From NCBI GenBank assembly GCA_003990765.1, contig RBNJ01000110.1, positions 1-41,222 on the forward strand: a DNA stretch of 41,222 nt. Direction: 5' to 3'. Of the stretch, positions 23,879-35,509 are shown piece by piece (position 1 is the stretch's first letter; each line of letters starts with the position of its first letter). Under the pieces are notes generated by a model. That model was given only the letters and a program-made list of their open reading frames with translations. It had not been told where the DNA came from and ran no database searches. The position numbers and the translations under genes were made by a program. The stretch is from Jimgerdemannia flammicorona (taxonomy: Eukaryota).

Positions 23879-25201
23879 ATGTCGTTGAACACTCGAAAGG
23901 TATGCACACTTACTATGGATCACTCATCTTTATTTTAGCACACATCTCCCAACTCACAATGTATCCTTTCCCAGCTGGTTGCCATCCAAACCCTGGCCGA
24001 TGCTTGGAAATTACGGGTCGCTGCCCTACTCACCTTTTCAAAGGTTGCCTTCCAAGGTGTCTCTCGAAAATCCGCTCTTACCGAAACAGCCTCCAGAAAT
24101 TTCGCGGCTCTGCATGCTGAGGTCGCGGCATCGCAAGCTGTCGTCGACAAAGTCATGAAGCGGCCTCTACCTTCAGTCTTCGTTGCGGACAATGTCGTAC
24201 CCCTGAATCTCCGCAAGATTCTGAACAGCGGACTAGACGTTATCGCGACTGGACCAGACAGGGATTATCTTCCAGGGACGGGCGACAAGGTTCAAGCCCT
24301 TATCCATCCTTCCTTGTTCCCATACATCGAAGGCGTCAGCACTGTTCTGGACCCATCTATCCTGCCCCGTCTGTCGAATGATCCACTTCGCCGAATTTGT
24401 GGAATGGATTGGGCGATTTTCAAACACCAGTGGCTCCCATCCCAATTCTACGTTGGCGAAGACGGTTCCACGAGCATCAGGTCGTACATCAACAACCTCG
24501 ACCTGTCCCACCAAGAATTATACAGGGCCATCGAACTGAGTTTCTCACTCTTCCTGCCAATGTTCGAGCGAATCCTGGGGACACCCCTCCGCTCTCGCGA
24601 GCTGCAAGTCATTGTCAAGGCGGTCAACCACATAATCCAGCCAGGTGAAAAAAGGTACAAAAGAGAGTGGCACGGGGAGGACACGCCACACGAGCACATC
24701 GTCGCCACTGGTATCTACTACTACTCGACCTCCCCGCATCTCAAGGACGCGGGGCTCGCGTTCCGACATGATCGCTCGTCTATGGATAAGGTCCGGACGA
24801 CGGAGGGCCGCCTACTCGCGTTCGGCAATACGCTGCAGCACCGAGTGTCCGGAATCTTTAACAAGTCGAAGACTGAGATCGGCATTCGCAAGGTGCTCAG
24901 TTTCTATCTTGTTGATCCTGAACGTGAGATTGTGTCCACAAAGCATGTGCCAGAACAGCAGTGGGACCGCGTGCGGCCCCATGTCATGGCGACGCTGAAT
25001 GAAGTGGTGATGAGGACGATCGGGAAGGTGATGCCAACAGAAATCTTACTCGAGATAGCGGAGTGGGCCAAGACGGGCTTCACGTTGGAAGAGGCTCAGC
25101 AGCATCGGACCGAGTTGGTGGAGGAAAAGAAATATATTGTTGGCAATTCTTACTATTCAGAAAACGCATTTGTGTATTTCAGACTGTCATTTTCGGACTA
25201 A
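23879..25201 (+). CDS. DUF4246-family protein (2OG-Fe(II) oxygenase-like), copy 1; join(23879..23899,23975..25201), ~415 aa
   Basis: Motifs IHPSLFP, QWLPS, SYINNL, LQVIVK, WHGED, IVATGIYYY, GRLLAFGNTLQHRV, RKVLSFYLVDP, STKHVPEQQ recognised from memory. The 75-nt GTATGC...CTCAC...CCCAG intron keeps the frame and is conserved in copy 2. Confidence 0.88.
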
Positions 25202-25411
25202 AGACCTTTGTATATTCATTTCAATGTTGGATGAGAAATAATATATTGGGCTGGTTCACAATGGTCACGTGGTCACTACTCACGACACAAGCGGCTTGCA
25301 GTGTGTGACCCGATCTTTGTGGCTTATAAAGCTGCTGCGGACGAGTATGTCGCACACGAGTTGAATGTAACTTAAACACCCAGGTCAATTTCCACCGTAG
25401 GCAACCGAAAT

Positions 25412-26743
25412 ATGTCGTTGAACAATCGAAAGGTATTGCACACGTACTATAGACCACGTATACTGTCCATCCGTTTACTTTAGCATACATTTCCCGACTC
25501 ACAACGTATCTATTCGCAACAGGCGCTGGTCGATGCTTGGAAATTCCGGATCGCTGCCCTGGTCACCCCTCTTAAGGACGTTTTCCATGGTGTCCCTCGA
25601 AAATCAGCTCCTACCGAATCAGCCTCCAGCGCCACCTCCGCGTTGGCGGCTCTGCATGCCGAGGTCGCGGCATCGCAGGATGTTGTCGGCAAAGTCATGA
25701 AACGGCCTCTACCTTCAGTCCTCGTAGCGGACAAGGTCGTGCCCGAGAATCTCCACAAACTTCTTAGCAGCGGGCTGGACGTCATCGCAACTGGACCGGA
25801 CAAGGATTACCTTCCTGGGACGGGCGACAAGGTTCAGTCTATTATCCATCCTTCCTTGTTCCCTTACATTGATGGCGCCAGCACTCTTCGCGACCCATCT
25901 ATCCTGTCCCATCTGTCGAACGATCCTCTTCGCCAAATCTGTGGGATGGAATGGGCGATTTTCAAACAACATTGGCTCCCAACCCAATTCTACGTTGGCG
26001 AAGACGGTTCCACCAGCGTCAGGTCGTATATCAACAATCTCGATCTGTCCCACCAAGATTTGTACAGGGCCATCGAACTGAGCTTCTCACTCTTCCTGCC
26101 AATGTTCGAGCGAATCCTGGGGACGTCCCTCCGCTCGCGCGAGCTGCAAGTCATTGTCAAAGCGGTCAACTACATAATCCAGCCAGGTGAAAAAAAGATC
26201 CGAGGGGAGTGGGCGAGGGAGGACACGCCGCACGAGCACGTCATCGCTTCTGGTATCTACTACTACTCGACCTCCCCACATCTCAATGACAAAGGGCTCG
26301 CATTCCGACACAATTCCCGATCTATTAGCCAAGTCCGGACGACAGAGGGCCGACTGCTCACATTCGACAAAAATCCGCAGTACCAGGTGTCCGGGATCTT
26401 TAACAAGTCAAAATCTAAAGTTGGCATTCTCAAGATGCTCGGTTTCTTTCTTGTTGATCCGGAGCGTGAGATTTTGTCCACCAAGCATGTACCAGAGCAG
26501 CAGTGGGACCGCGTGCGGCCCCGGGTCATGGCGGCGCTGAATGAAGTGGTGATGAGGACGACTGGGAGGGTGATGCCAACCGAAATATTGCTCGAGATCA
26601 CGAAATGGGCCAAGACGGGGTTCACGCTGGAAGAGGCGCAGCGGTATCGGGCCGAGTTGGTTGAGGAAAGAGAATATATCGTTGACAATGCTTATAATTC
26701 AGAACCCGCAATGATGAAATGCAAAATTTCATTTTCAGATTAG
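25412..26743 (+). CDS. DUF4246-family protein, tandem copy 2; join(25412..25432,25523..26743), ~413 aa
   Basis: Intact paralog of copy 1 with the same 7-codon first exon (MSLNNRK) and a 90-nt GTATTG...AACAG intron in frame. Confidence 0.88.
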
Positions 26744-27121
26744 GGACCCTTGTATTGTGAGATGGGTTCATTAAATTTATATTTGACAATATCTAAATAT
26801 ATTCATGAGAAGTTATAAATATATTGGATGAGGTCGTAGTTTCGTGGTCACACTACTGCGACACGAACAACTACGTATGTGAATACGTGGCAAATGAGCA
26901 GGTTCGAAACTGTCCCATGCACCGGAGCGTGAGTTGGATGTCCCGAAATCGGAATCGCTTCAAATCAAATACCAAGGGAAATATAAAATATGTGCTATAG
27001 ATTTCCCTCCCAGCAGAACTGAGGTCCATTACTACGCCGTAATCTTCACATTATTATTACTATTATTCATTAAACATAAATGTAGTAACCACCAATATTT
27101 GATTTACGTCAAGGCCTATGC

Positions 27122-27540
27122 GAACTGTTGTACGAACAGACACTGGCGATCCAAGAGAAGGCGTTAGGATCCGAGCACCCACATACGGCAGTATCTCTGA
27201 ACAATCTGGCTTCTTTCTACAAGGTCGAGGAGACGAAGTCGCTGTTCCAAAATGCCTTATCTTTGAGAAGGTGATGGAATCAGAGCACCAAAATATGGCA
27301 TCGTTTTTGAATAACTTAGCGGCGCTCTACCACTACTAGAAGTGCGACAAGTTGGAGCCAATGTACGGACGGTCGCTTGCGATCAGAACACCCAAACATG
27401 GTTACTATTCTGAATGATCTGGTTTCGCTTTGCGACAGCCGGGGCAAGCGCGATAGAGCCAAACTTCTTTCGGACGGGCACTGGCACTTGTTCCGTTGTG
27501 GGCCTACACACGACGCGATCTTGGAAAGCTCTAGCTAGCT
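27122..27540 (+). pseudogene. Kinesin-light-chain-type TPR repeat pseudogene fragment
   Basis: LYEQTLAIQEKALGSEHPHTAVSLNNLA, then IFEKVMESEHQNMASFLNNLAALY and SEHPNMVTILNDL in shifting frames with stops. Confidence 0.85.
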
Positions 27541-28139
27541 CCATCGAAGAGTTTGGTGAATCCACAAACATTTGCATCTCTATTCCGAAGTGACGGTTTG
27601 TAGGACCAACGTGCACACATCAACGTTGACGTACGTCCATTAGTGGTGGTTATAACATTCATTTTTGGTGAAAAAATAAAACCAAAATAAAGGCAGCTGT
27701 TGATAGTAAGGATTGTATACGGTTAGGTTGATTCAAATCGCCTATTTGCATTATAGTATATTTCGTTTCACTTTCATTGTGATCGTGCGAGTATTTTTTT
27801 CAACTGGCTATGTAATGAGGATTCAACACGGGATATTTCCTTTGGTATAGTGGAATTCGCAAGGAATGCAAGTGAAAGAGGTTGTTTTTATTGAAATTAC
27901 AAAGTCGCGTATTTACGCGCTGACTGATGAGTGGCGTAGTAATTGATGACATAGAGATATGTCTGTTGTATCTTAGTTGGGAATATGGAGTGGGGAGAAG
28001 AGGAACATTGTTTATTATAACTAAGAATCACGTGTCTAAGCCACATATAATCGAGATCTAATATGCATGAATGCAATATAAGCAGGAATGTAATGTAACC
28101 AAGCAATAACCATAAAATGACCATGAATGTACTAGAAGA

Positions 28140-28246
28140 ATGCTATCTACCCATTTTTAAAACATAAGAAACTATAGTGAAAATGAAGGATGTAGATAGA
28201 TTCCAGTGGTAGAAAATCTCAAATAAGAAAAGAAAAAGAATCAGTA

Positions 28247-28282
<36 letters not shown>

Positions 28283-30856
28283 GAACCAGTGAATAATAAT
28301 ACAATGTAATGCTTGAAGAGAGAGATGTATTGTATTGTTTTTCTGCTTCCTTTTCATTATGAAATATCTCATAATTATCAATTACTGATATATAGTTCTA
28401 TTACTAGTATATAGTTTATTATAAGACTTATTTCTTTAGTGTATTGCTTGAACTTAGGTTCTAGAAGAGCTTTGATAAGTAAATCTACACTCATATGCTC
28501 TGTGGGAATGTATTCTAAGTGTATAGTCTTGTTTTTTATATATTCTCTTATATGTATAATAATATTATTTATTAATGTACTTTATTTTATTATAATGAAT
28601 GAAATTCTTAACTATAGTAATTATTAGTTTATTATTCTGATAAATGAGTGTAGAGTACTTTTGATCAAAGTCAAGCTTCTTTAATAGTTGATATAGCCAA
28701 ATGGCTTTCTTTATTACTGTAGATAATACTTGATACTCTGCTTATATAGATAATATTACTACTAAGTTCTACTTATATATTTGCCAAGATACAATCTCTT
28801 TGTTTAACTAAAAGAAATACTCAGTTATAGATTGATAATTATTTAAGTCTCCAGCCCAATCAGTATTACATATATCAGATAGTTATATACTATTGTCTTT
28901 ATTCTTATTACTATTACTTCTGCTCAATTTATTAAGAGTGAGTATATAATATACTATATCTTTAATAAAATCTTTTTAATAGTACTTTAATATAAATTAT
29001 TATAGCAGAAGAAATACTATACTATTTTATTTATAGTATATAAGATATTGGACCTTATTCTAAGTATAAGATATATAAGAGACCCAACTATTTATCAATA
29101 GAAAATATTAGTATAGTTTTTGTTATTATTATCCTTGAGTTTTTTTAACTTTATAGATATTTCTATAAGAGTATTAACAGACTTACATTCACTTATATTA
29201 AAGTATTAGTTTATATATATTGATTATAAGAGATATATGATATATATATTTCTATTATATATAATAGATATCTCTAAAAGGAAGAATATGTTGCTTATAT
29301 CAGTTATCTTGAATTTCTTATATAGGGTTTCTTTGACTCTATTAAGCTTATTTTTCATTATAATAATAATTATATCATCTACTTATAAGCCTATAAAAGT
29401 AAATCCATCAATATAGTATTGAATATATATAGTTATCTACTTCATAGTATATAAAGTTATTATTAAGAAAATATTTATTAATTTTTCTATTTTATAAATA
29501 GACAGCTTGTTTAATACTATATAATTCTTTATATAGTTTATATACTAGGTCATTATTCTGGCTATTATATCCTTATGACTAGTAAATATATATATAGCTT
29601 TTTATCTATATTACTATTGAGAAAAGTCATCTTTATATCTATCTGATGGATTTTTAGATTATATATAGTACTGATTATAAGAAGTATTCTTAATAAAATA
29701 AGCTTAAATATTAGTAAAAATATCTCATTATAGTCTATACTATAATTTTATAAAAACTTTTAATAATAAAATAAACTTTAAATTACTCTATCTTTTCATC
29801 ACTCTTGTACTTAATTTTATAGACTCAATGTAATTCTATAGCTTATTGATTGGTCCAGATTCTATATACTATTCTTAATAAGTGAATTATACTCTTTATT
29901 TATTATATATTATTATTTCTTACTATTAGAAAATATTATCACTTTTCTATAATTATTTAACTTACTATAAGTTGCAATAAATATATATTTATATACTTTA
30001 ATATAGCTTACATAGTTCTTATATTGAGAGATCTTTGATATATCTCAATAACTTTCTAAATTAAAATGAGTTTTATTCCTAAGCTTATGCTTTAGCTTTT
30101 TCTTACTCTTAATGAACTTTTTATTATTATCAGAGGTCTCACTATCCTTAATCTCTATTATTCTTAGCTCAGACAAATTTGGCTTAAGTATATATAATAG
30201 TTGAAAATAATTTTACTTTATTAAAGAGATTGATATCAGTTACTGCATTTGTATTATCTGAGATATAGATATTAAAGTAGAGATTAAGATAGATATATCT
30301 ACACAGAGATTCTGATTTTCTTTTTTATTAAACTATATATCTTATGAGATTACTATATGATATCTATATAGATTTCACAATCTATATATTTTCCCATCAT
30401 ATCTAAGAAATACATACTCATCAGCCTTAAGTTTAAATTTATATAATTTTCTCCTTTTTCAAGAACATAGGTCTTATATCTAAATATATATATATATAGA
30501 TATAATATATCTGATTTTGTTCTGCTTCATAACTCTTCAGAAGTAAGATCATGATCATTTCTAGATTACTTATTATTATTGTCAGATTTCTTACTCAATA
30601 CTCAAGATATATATTGATTGTATATATGTATATATCACTATATTGATCATCTCAGTCTAATAAGAATGATAGTCTGGTCATATTGATCATCATACATATC
30701 ATTTCTATAGCTATATAGTTAAATTACTTAGCTTTATAATATGTATATATATATAATACTACATATTATCTAATAATTTATACTATATTTTCTCAAATAT
30801 TACTTGAATATACTATTGATATATTCATATTTATTATCTAAGTATATATATAGTAT
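28140..30856 (-). mobile_element. Heavily decayed Copia (family of C): integrase 3' part, RT, RNase H, 3' UTR
   Basis: Reverse complement aligns with C (e.g. ~30500-30570 vs ~13010-13080; ~30790-30856 vs ~12730-12800). No 3' LTR recognised; left boundary approximate. Confidence 0.8.
28247..28281. repeat. (AAT)n microsatellite
   Basis: About 11 consecutive AAT units. Confidence 0.95.
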
Positions 30857-31964
30857 TGTAATGTGCCTGGCTCAATAGAGACAAATTACAAGATTGAAGA
30901 TTGATATAGTTTGGCTTAAGCTCTTAGTTACTTTGTCAAAAAGCAACAAAATATTCTAAGATTTCTTGTTGGTATTTAGTGATATAATAGTCAAGTCTGA
31001 ATATAACAGTTGATTTTCTTATTAGGACAGTTCTCTGGATATAGCAGCAATTTGTATATAGTGTGATATATATGATGATCTCTTGTATAGTGTGACAATC
31101 TCTTATATAGCACAGCAATCTCCAAAAGTATGTAATTTCTGGTGTGATGATCTTGTTTCCCAAAGTATACAATTTCTGGCAGGATGATCTTGGTAGTATT
31201 CCTTATGTAGATTTGGCAGATAACTCAGATAACTTGGTTTGGCATGGATTCTTCTATATCAGCTCCTCTGAGAATATTGGGTAACTTGATAACTTGGATA
31301 ACTCAGATGATATAGATTCTTAGCAAGTTATGTCAAAGCCTAGCTTTGTTTATACAGAGTTATATTGTAGACTAGCTCCACTGCAAAGTTGTGTCAGATA
31401 GACTGGCTTGTGGCAAGATTCCTATAGATTCTCTAGGAATAGCAGACTTCTTTAAATTCTTCAGGCTTATCTGGCAAGTAAACCAAAATGTAATAGACTC
31501 TTCTTTGTATTAGAAAGTAGACCAGAGTGAAAAGTAGGCTCACAATCTCCTAGCAGTAGCTTTAGAGTGAGTATTTCTCCTAAGTATTGCAATTATTTCT
31601 AGATAAATTGACTTTGGCAGACATATCCCTTAAAGTGTAGTAGGCAGACTTGTCTTTTGCTTTGATTTTTGGATGGAGGTTTATTCTCTCTTATCTCTGG
31701 GATATTTTATATAAGTTGATTGCTATCTGGTTGCTATCTGGTTAGTTATAGAATGTACAGTATGGCTAAATATGATGTGTAACTTCCACTATATCCTCAG
31801 GGTATAGTATCTTTGAGGTATAGTACCTTCAAGGTTTAGTTGTCTTAATCTGGATATCTGGTACTATTTATATAGTTTCTGTAGTAACTAGATAACTATG
31901 AGAGTAACTATGATATGAGAGAGTCATATCATCTGAGTATCTGATACTTATATCACACATCACA
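30857..31964 (-). repeat. Putative 3' LTR of Gypsy D (~1.1 kb)
   Basis: Terminal inverted repeats TGTAATGTG...CACATCACA; preceded on the minus strand by GATCATCCTTTAGTAGGAA, similar to the pre-LTR motif in A/B. Partner LTR is not in the window. Confidence 0.75.
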
Positions 31965-32004
31965 TCAGTTCCTACTAAAGGATGATCTGTCCTTAAACTA
32001 TCTT

Positions 32005-32508
32005 TTAGTCATCATCTCAGTACACATAAGTACCTTCTGTATCAATATCTATACCATCATCTATGTTGAAGCCTGGGTCACTCTATTCAAGGTCTGAGTC
32101 TTACTGGTCTGGCTCAGAGAATAGAAACTCTACTTATTGTAATATACTCTGAAAGGTAGCTTTATTTATCTTTTGAATATTATTAAGATAAAACTGTGCT
32201 TGGGTGAGTGCTTTCTCATTATATCTATAGAGTGCATAAATCCTTCTAGTAGCTATATCATTTTGGCAGTTTAAATATGTAGACCTTCTTATATATATGG
32301 AGTCTTAGAGGACTTGCCCAATAGAGAAGTAAGCTTGTAGCTGATGAATCTATAGCAATCTTTGGGTTATAGTTAGGATTTTGAGATACTCTTAAATTTG
32401 TCTGCCAAGAGTTCCTTGGGGTTGGAAGAATGTGGACATTGGAATGAGTAAAGACTACAGGAAACTGAGAATTAGAGTCTGAAGATACTGGTCAATCCTC
32501 TGATTCAT
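32005..32508 (-). pseudogene. Extra ORF3 of Gypsy D (~167 codons)
   Basis: Single frame with only transition-type stops: MNQRIDQYLQTL...QLQAYFSIGQVL...DIATRRIYALYRYNEKAL...acidic tail; ATG overlaps the integrase end. Confidence 0.78.
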
Positions 32509-33548
32509 AGTATAGAGAGAGATATATCTTGAGACAATTGATATATACTGATGTCCTCAGGGTTTATCTATCTATACTTCTTAAATAGATACTGATTCCT
32601 CAGATATTGTATATAAGATAACATCTTTTCTATTTGGGCTCCAGTTTGGTTGCAAAGTTTGCTTTAATCATACTTCTCTAAACTAGTACTTAATCTCCAA
32701 TCTTGATCTTCTGATCCTTCTGCTTCTGGTCATAGTACTTCTTTTGTCTCTCTTAGGTCTTGATGATCTGAACTTATGCTTGATAACATAACTATTCTGC
32801 CTTTTTGAGGAGATCTCTAAGGTTCTCATGATCAGCAGTTCTGGTTTTCTTAGCAAACATCATCTCAAATAGCTTTTATTTAGTAGAGATAGCAGGAGTA
32901 TTCTGAATTTTTCATAGGATCTTGGGTAAGCAGAGGTCCTAGTTAGTAGAATCAACTTGGACAAGTTCTTTCTTGATAGTCTGGTTCATTTATTCTATCA
33001 TACTATTGATCTGAGAGTAGTATGATGTGGTCTGTTTAAGATGGATCTTGTAAATTTAGACATAACTTATGATTATATTATTGATGAATTCTATGCCTCA
33101 ATCAGAGATAAGTTCTTCTGAGGGTCCATATCTGAGTATGAGTCTATGGAGGAGGTCTACAATGATCAAGACATCTGTAATTTCTAAGAAAAAGCTTCAC
33201 AAATATGAGAATATACTTATTCCTTCTCAGTGTAACTAGTAGAGATCCAATTATGTCTACTCTCCATCTTTGGAAAATGTTGTCTAGTGGTGTAATTGGT
33301 TATAATAGTGCTTGATAATTCTTCTTCCCTTGATATTTCTGGCAGGTATTACATTTCTTGAATATAGCTCAGACTTGTATTCTGAGATTGAGCTAATGTT
33401 AGTGTGTTATTTGTAATTTTTCTTCTATATTTACCTATCTTTGGTGGGCTTTCTGGTGTTCTTTTCAGATAAGATCTTCTTGTACTTTGATAATCAGAGG
33501 AGCTTCCTTTAGAGTATAATTCCTTGGTACACCCTTCTTCTGGTTCAT
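32492..33548 (-). pseudogene. Gypsy D integrase in a separate ORF
   Basis: Starts at an ATG overlapping the RNase H stop (TAATG); EHQKAH...KCNTCQKY zinc-finger relic; ends INCLKIY. Confidence 0.82.
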
Positions 33549-35508
33549 TAGAGTTGGTAGAAAAGTATATCAATATTGTTGTGAGCTTTCTCTGCTTTAT
33601 AGATAATAGTAATTTTGTAATTCTGAAGAATAAGGATCCAGTAGACCAGGATTTCAGTAGGTTTCTTACAGTTGAATAGTTATTTGAGAGCTGTATGGTC
33701 AGTTATCAGAGTGAATATTTTTCTAATAAGATAATATTTGAACAGAGTGACCACCTATATAACTGCAAGGTATTCCAATTGGGTGCTACCATAGTTGATC
33801 TGCTGCTGATTAGTGGCTCAGCTTATATAAACTATTATATGTATAGTATTGTTGGTCAGATCCTTCCTGGGCTAGAACTGCTCTAAGACTATCTTTGGAA
33901 GTATCTATATATAAGATAAATAGCTTCTATAGATTGGACCAAATAAGAATTTATACTATAGTCATATGGTGCTTGAGTTCTTTAAAGACTTTCTCTTATA
34001 ATTCTGTCTATTTATAAAGTACTTCTTTTTTGAGAAGGATTCAGATTGGGACAGTAATTTGGACAAAGTCTTTGATGAACCTTCTATAGTAAGATACTAA
34101 TATTAGGAATGATAGTGTTTTCTTTGAGGTCTTAGGTACTGCCCAATTATTGATCTTCCTGGTTTTCTTTGAGTCTGTATGGGTTCTTTCTTTTGAAACT
34201 ATAAATCTAAGAAATTTAAGTTCTGTTTTCCAAAGTAGCATTTCTTGGTATTGAGTCTCAGCTGATTCTTGTAGGTGAGCTTGAAGAATTCTTCTAAATA
34301 GTGTAGGTATTTCTCAAAATTTGCTGAATAGATGTTTGAATCATCCATATATACAATTAGACAGTAGTGGATCAGTGGGCTATAGACTGAGTTCATCATT
34401 CTCTAAAAAGTGGGAGATGTATTGTAAAGTCCAAAGGGTATTCAGAGGTACTCAAATAGTTTTCCTAGAACAAGAAAGACTGTCTTCTAAATGTCTTTAA
34501 GATCTATGGGGATCTCATGGAATCCTGTGAAAAGGTCCATACTGTTGAAGTATCTGGCATCTTGCAACTGATCTAAGAGATCATCAATTCTGGACAAAGG
34601 ATAGGCATTCTTCTTAGTAACTAAATTGAGCTTTCTATAGTCTATACAGAGTCTCCATCCTTCTTTCTTTGGTAAAATAAGTATAGGGCAGACCCAAGGG
34701 CTGATAGAGGGTTAGATGACTCTATTGTTTAAGAGTTCTTAAATGTGTTCCTTTTTGAATATCTTTAGATAATAGGGTATTCTGTAGAGTTTCTACTAAA
34801 TGGGTATTGTATTTCCTGTATTTATACTATAGTGGTATGATGGGTTGTATGGCAGGTTGCCATAATAAGCAGTGAAGATATCTTGATACTTGTTGAGGAG
34901 TTCTACTAATTGTTGCTATTGCTGGGGTATCAATTTTTCTCCAATATTGATGGAAGACTTCACTGTCTCTTAGATTGCAGAGGGGCCTTTCATTTTTTCT
35001 GGGACCTTTTACCATTTTTCTATAAGTTTAGCTCATAGACTTCTCTGTAAGTTTAGTTGAGGAAGAGCACTAGATATCCTATAATAGTTCCTTTTGACAA
35101 GATGATGCTTTCTCAACTCTGGTTGATTGCTCAGAAGTGTACTGAATTCATCTTATCAGAGAATATATATTCTTTAATGTCTATATTCAGAATATCTTCA
35201 TTCAGTTCAAAGAAGAGATTCCTGAGATCAGGTGGTATAAAGATTTTAAAGGTGGTTTGCTCTCCAGACTCTAGGATGAGATTCTTGTACAGTTTGACTA
35301 ATTGGCAATATACTTGCTGGAGAGCATTCTTTTTGAGATGGTTGATCTGAAGGAGATATACTTCCTTCTTATCTGAGCTTCCAAATTCTTCAGCTTATCT
35401 TGTTCCTTTGGTCATTTTGGAGACTTCTTGTAATTGCAGGGTCTTGACTTTTATAAAGACTGCTTGAGCAATCTTCTGTCCTCTAAGAATTCAGTACTAT
35501 TCTATATC
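33548..35508 (-). pseudogene. Gypsy D dUTPase C-terminus, spacer, RT, RNase H
   Basis: RGQKIAQAVFI and TR*AEEFGSSD (dUTPase motifs IV and V), YMDD, SYYRRFIKDF, WILILQNYKITIIYKAEKAHNNID. Confidence 0.88.
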
Positions 35509-35509
35509 A

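Larger units (their letters stand above)
30857..35508 (-). mobile_element. Ty3/Gypsy element D (second family), 3' part, inserted in the Copia integrase
   Basis: 3' LTR, ORF3, integrase, RNase H, RT (LIVYMDDSNIYS, KKCYF) and dUTPase C-terminus. Interrupted at ~35508 by a LINE fragment. Confidence 0.9.

Noticed and set aside
25031-25075. F-box-like MPTEILLEI motif
   Set aside because: Too short, and fits the usual C-terminal helical part of DUF4246 proteins.
23715-26688. Small overlapping ORFs on both strands around the DUF4246 genes
   Set aside because: Alternative-frame or antisense by-products; their duplication simply follows the tandem gene duplication.
28100-28240. 3' LTR of the minus-strand Copia
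   Set aside because: No match to the Copia C LTR and no purine tract/CAACA boundary could be found.
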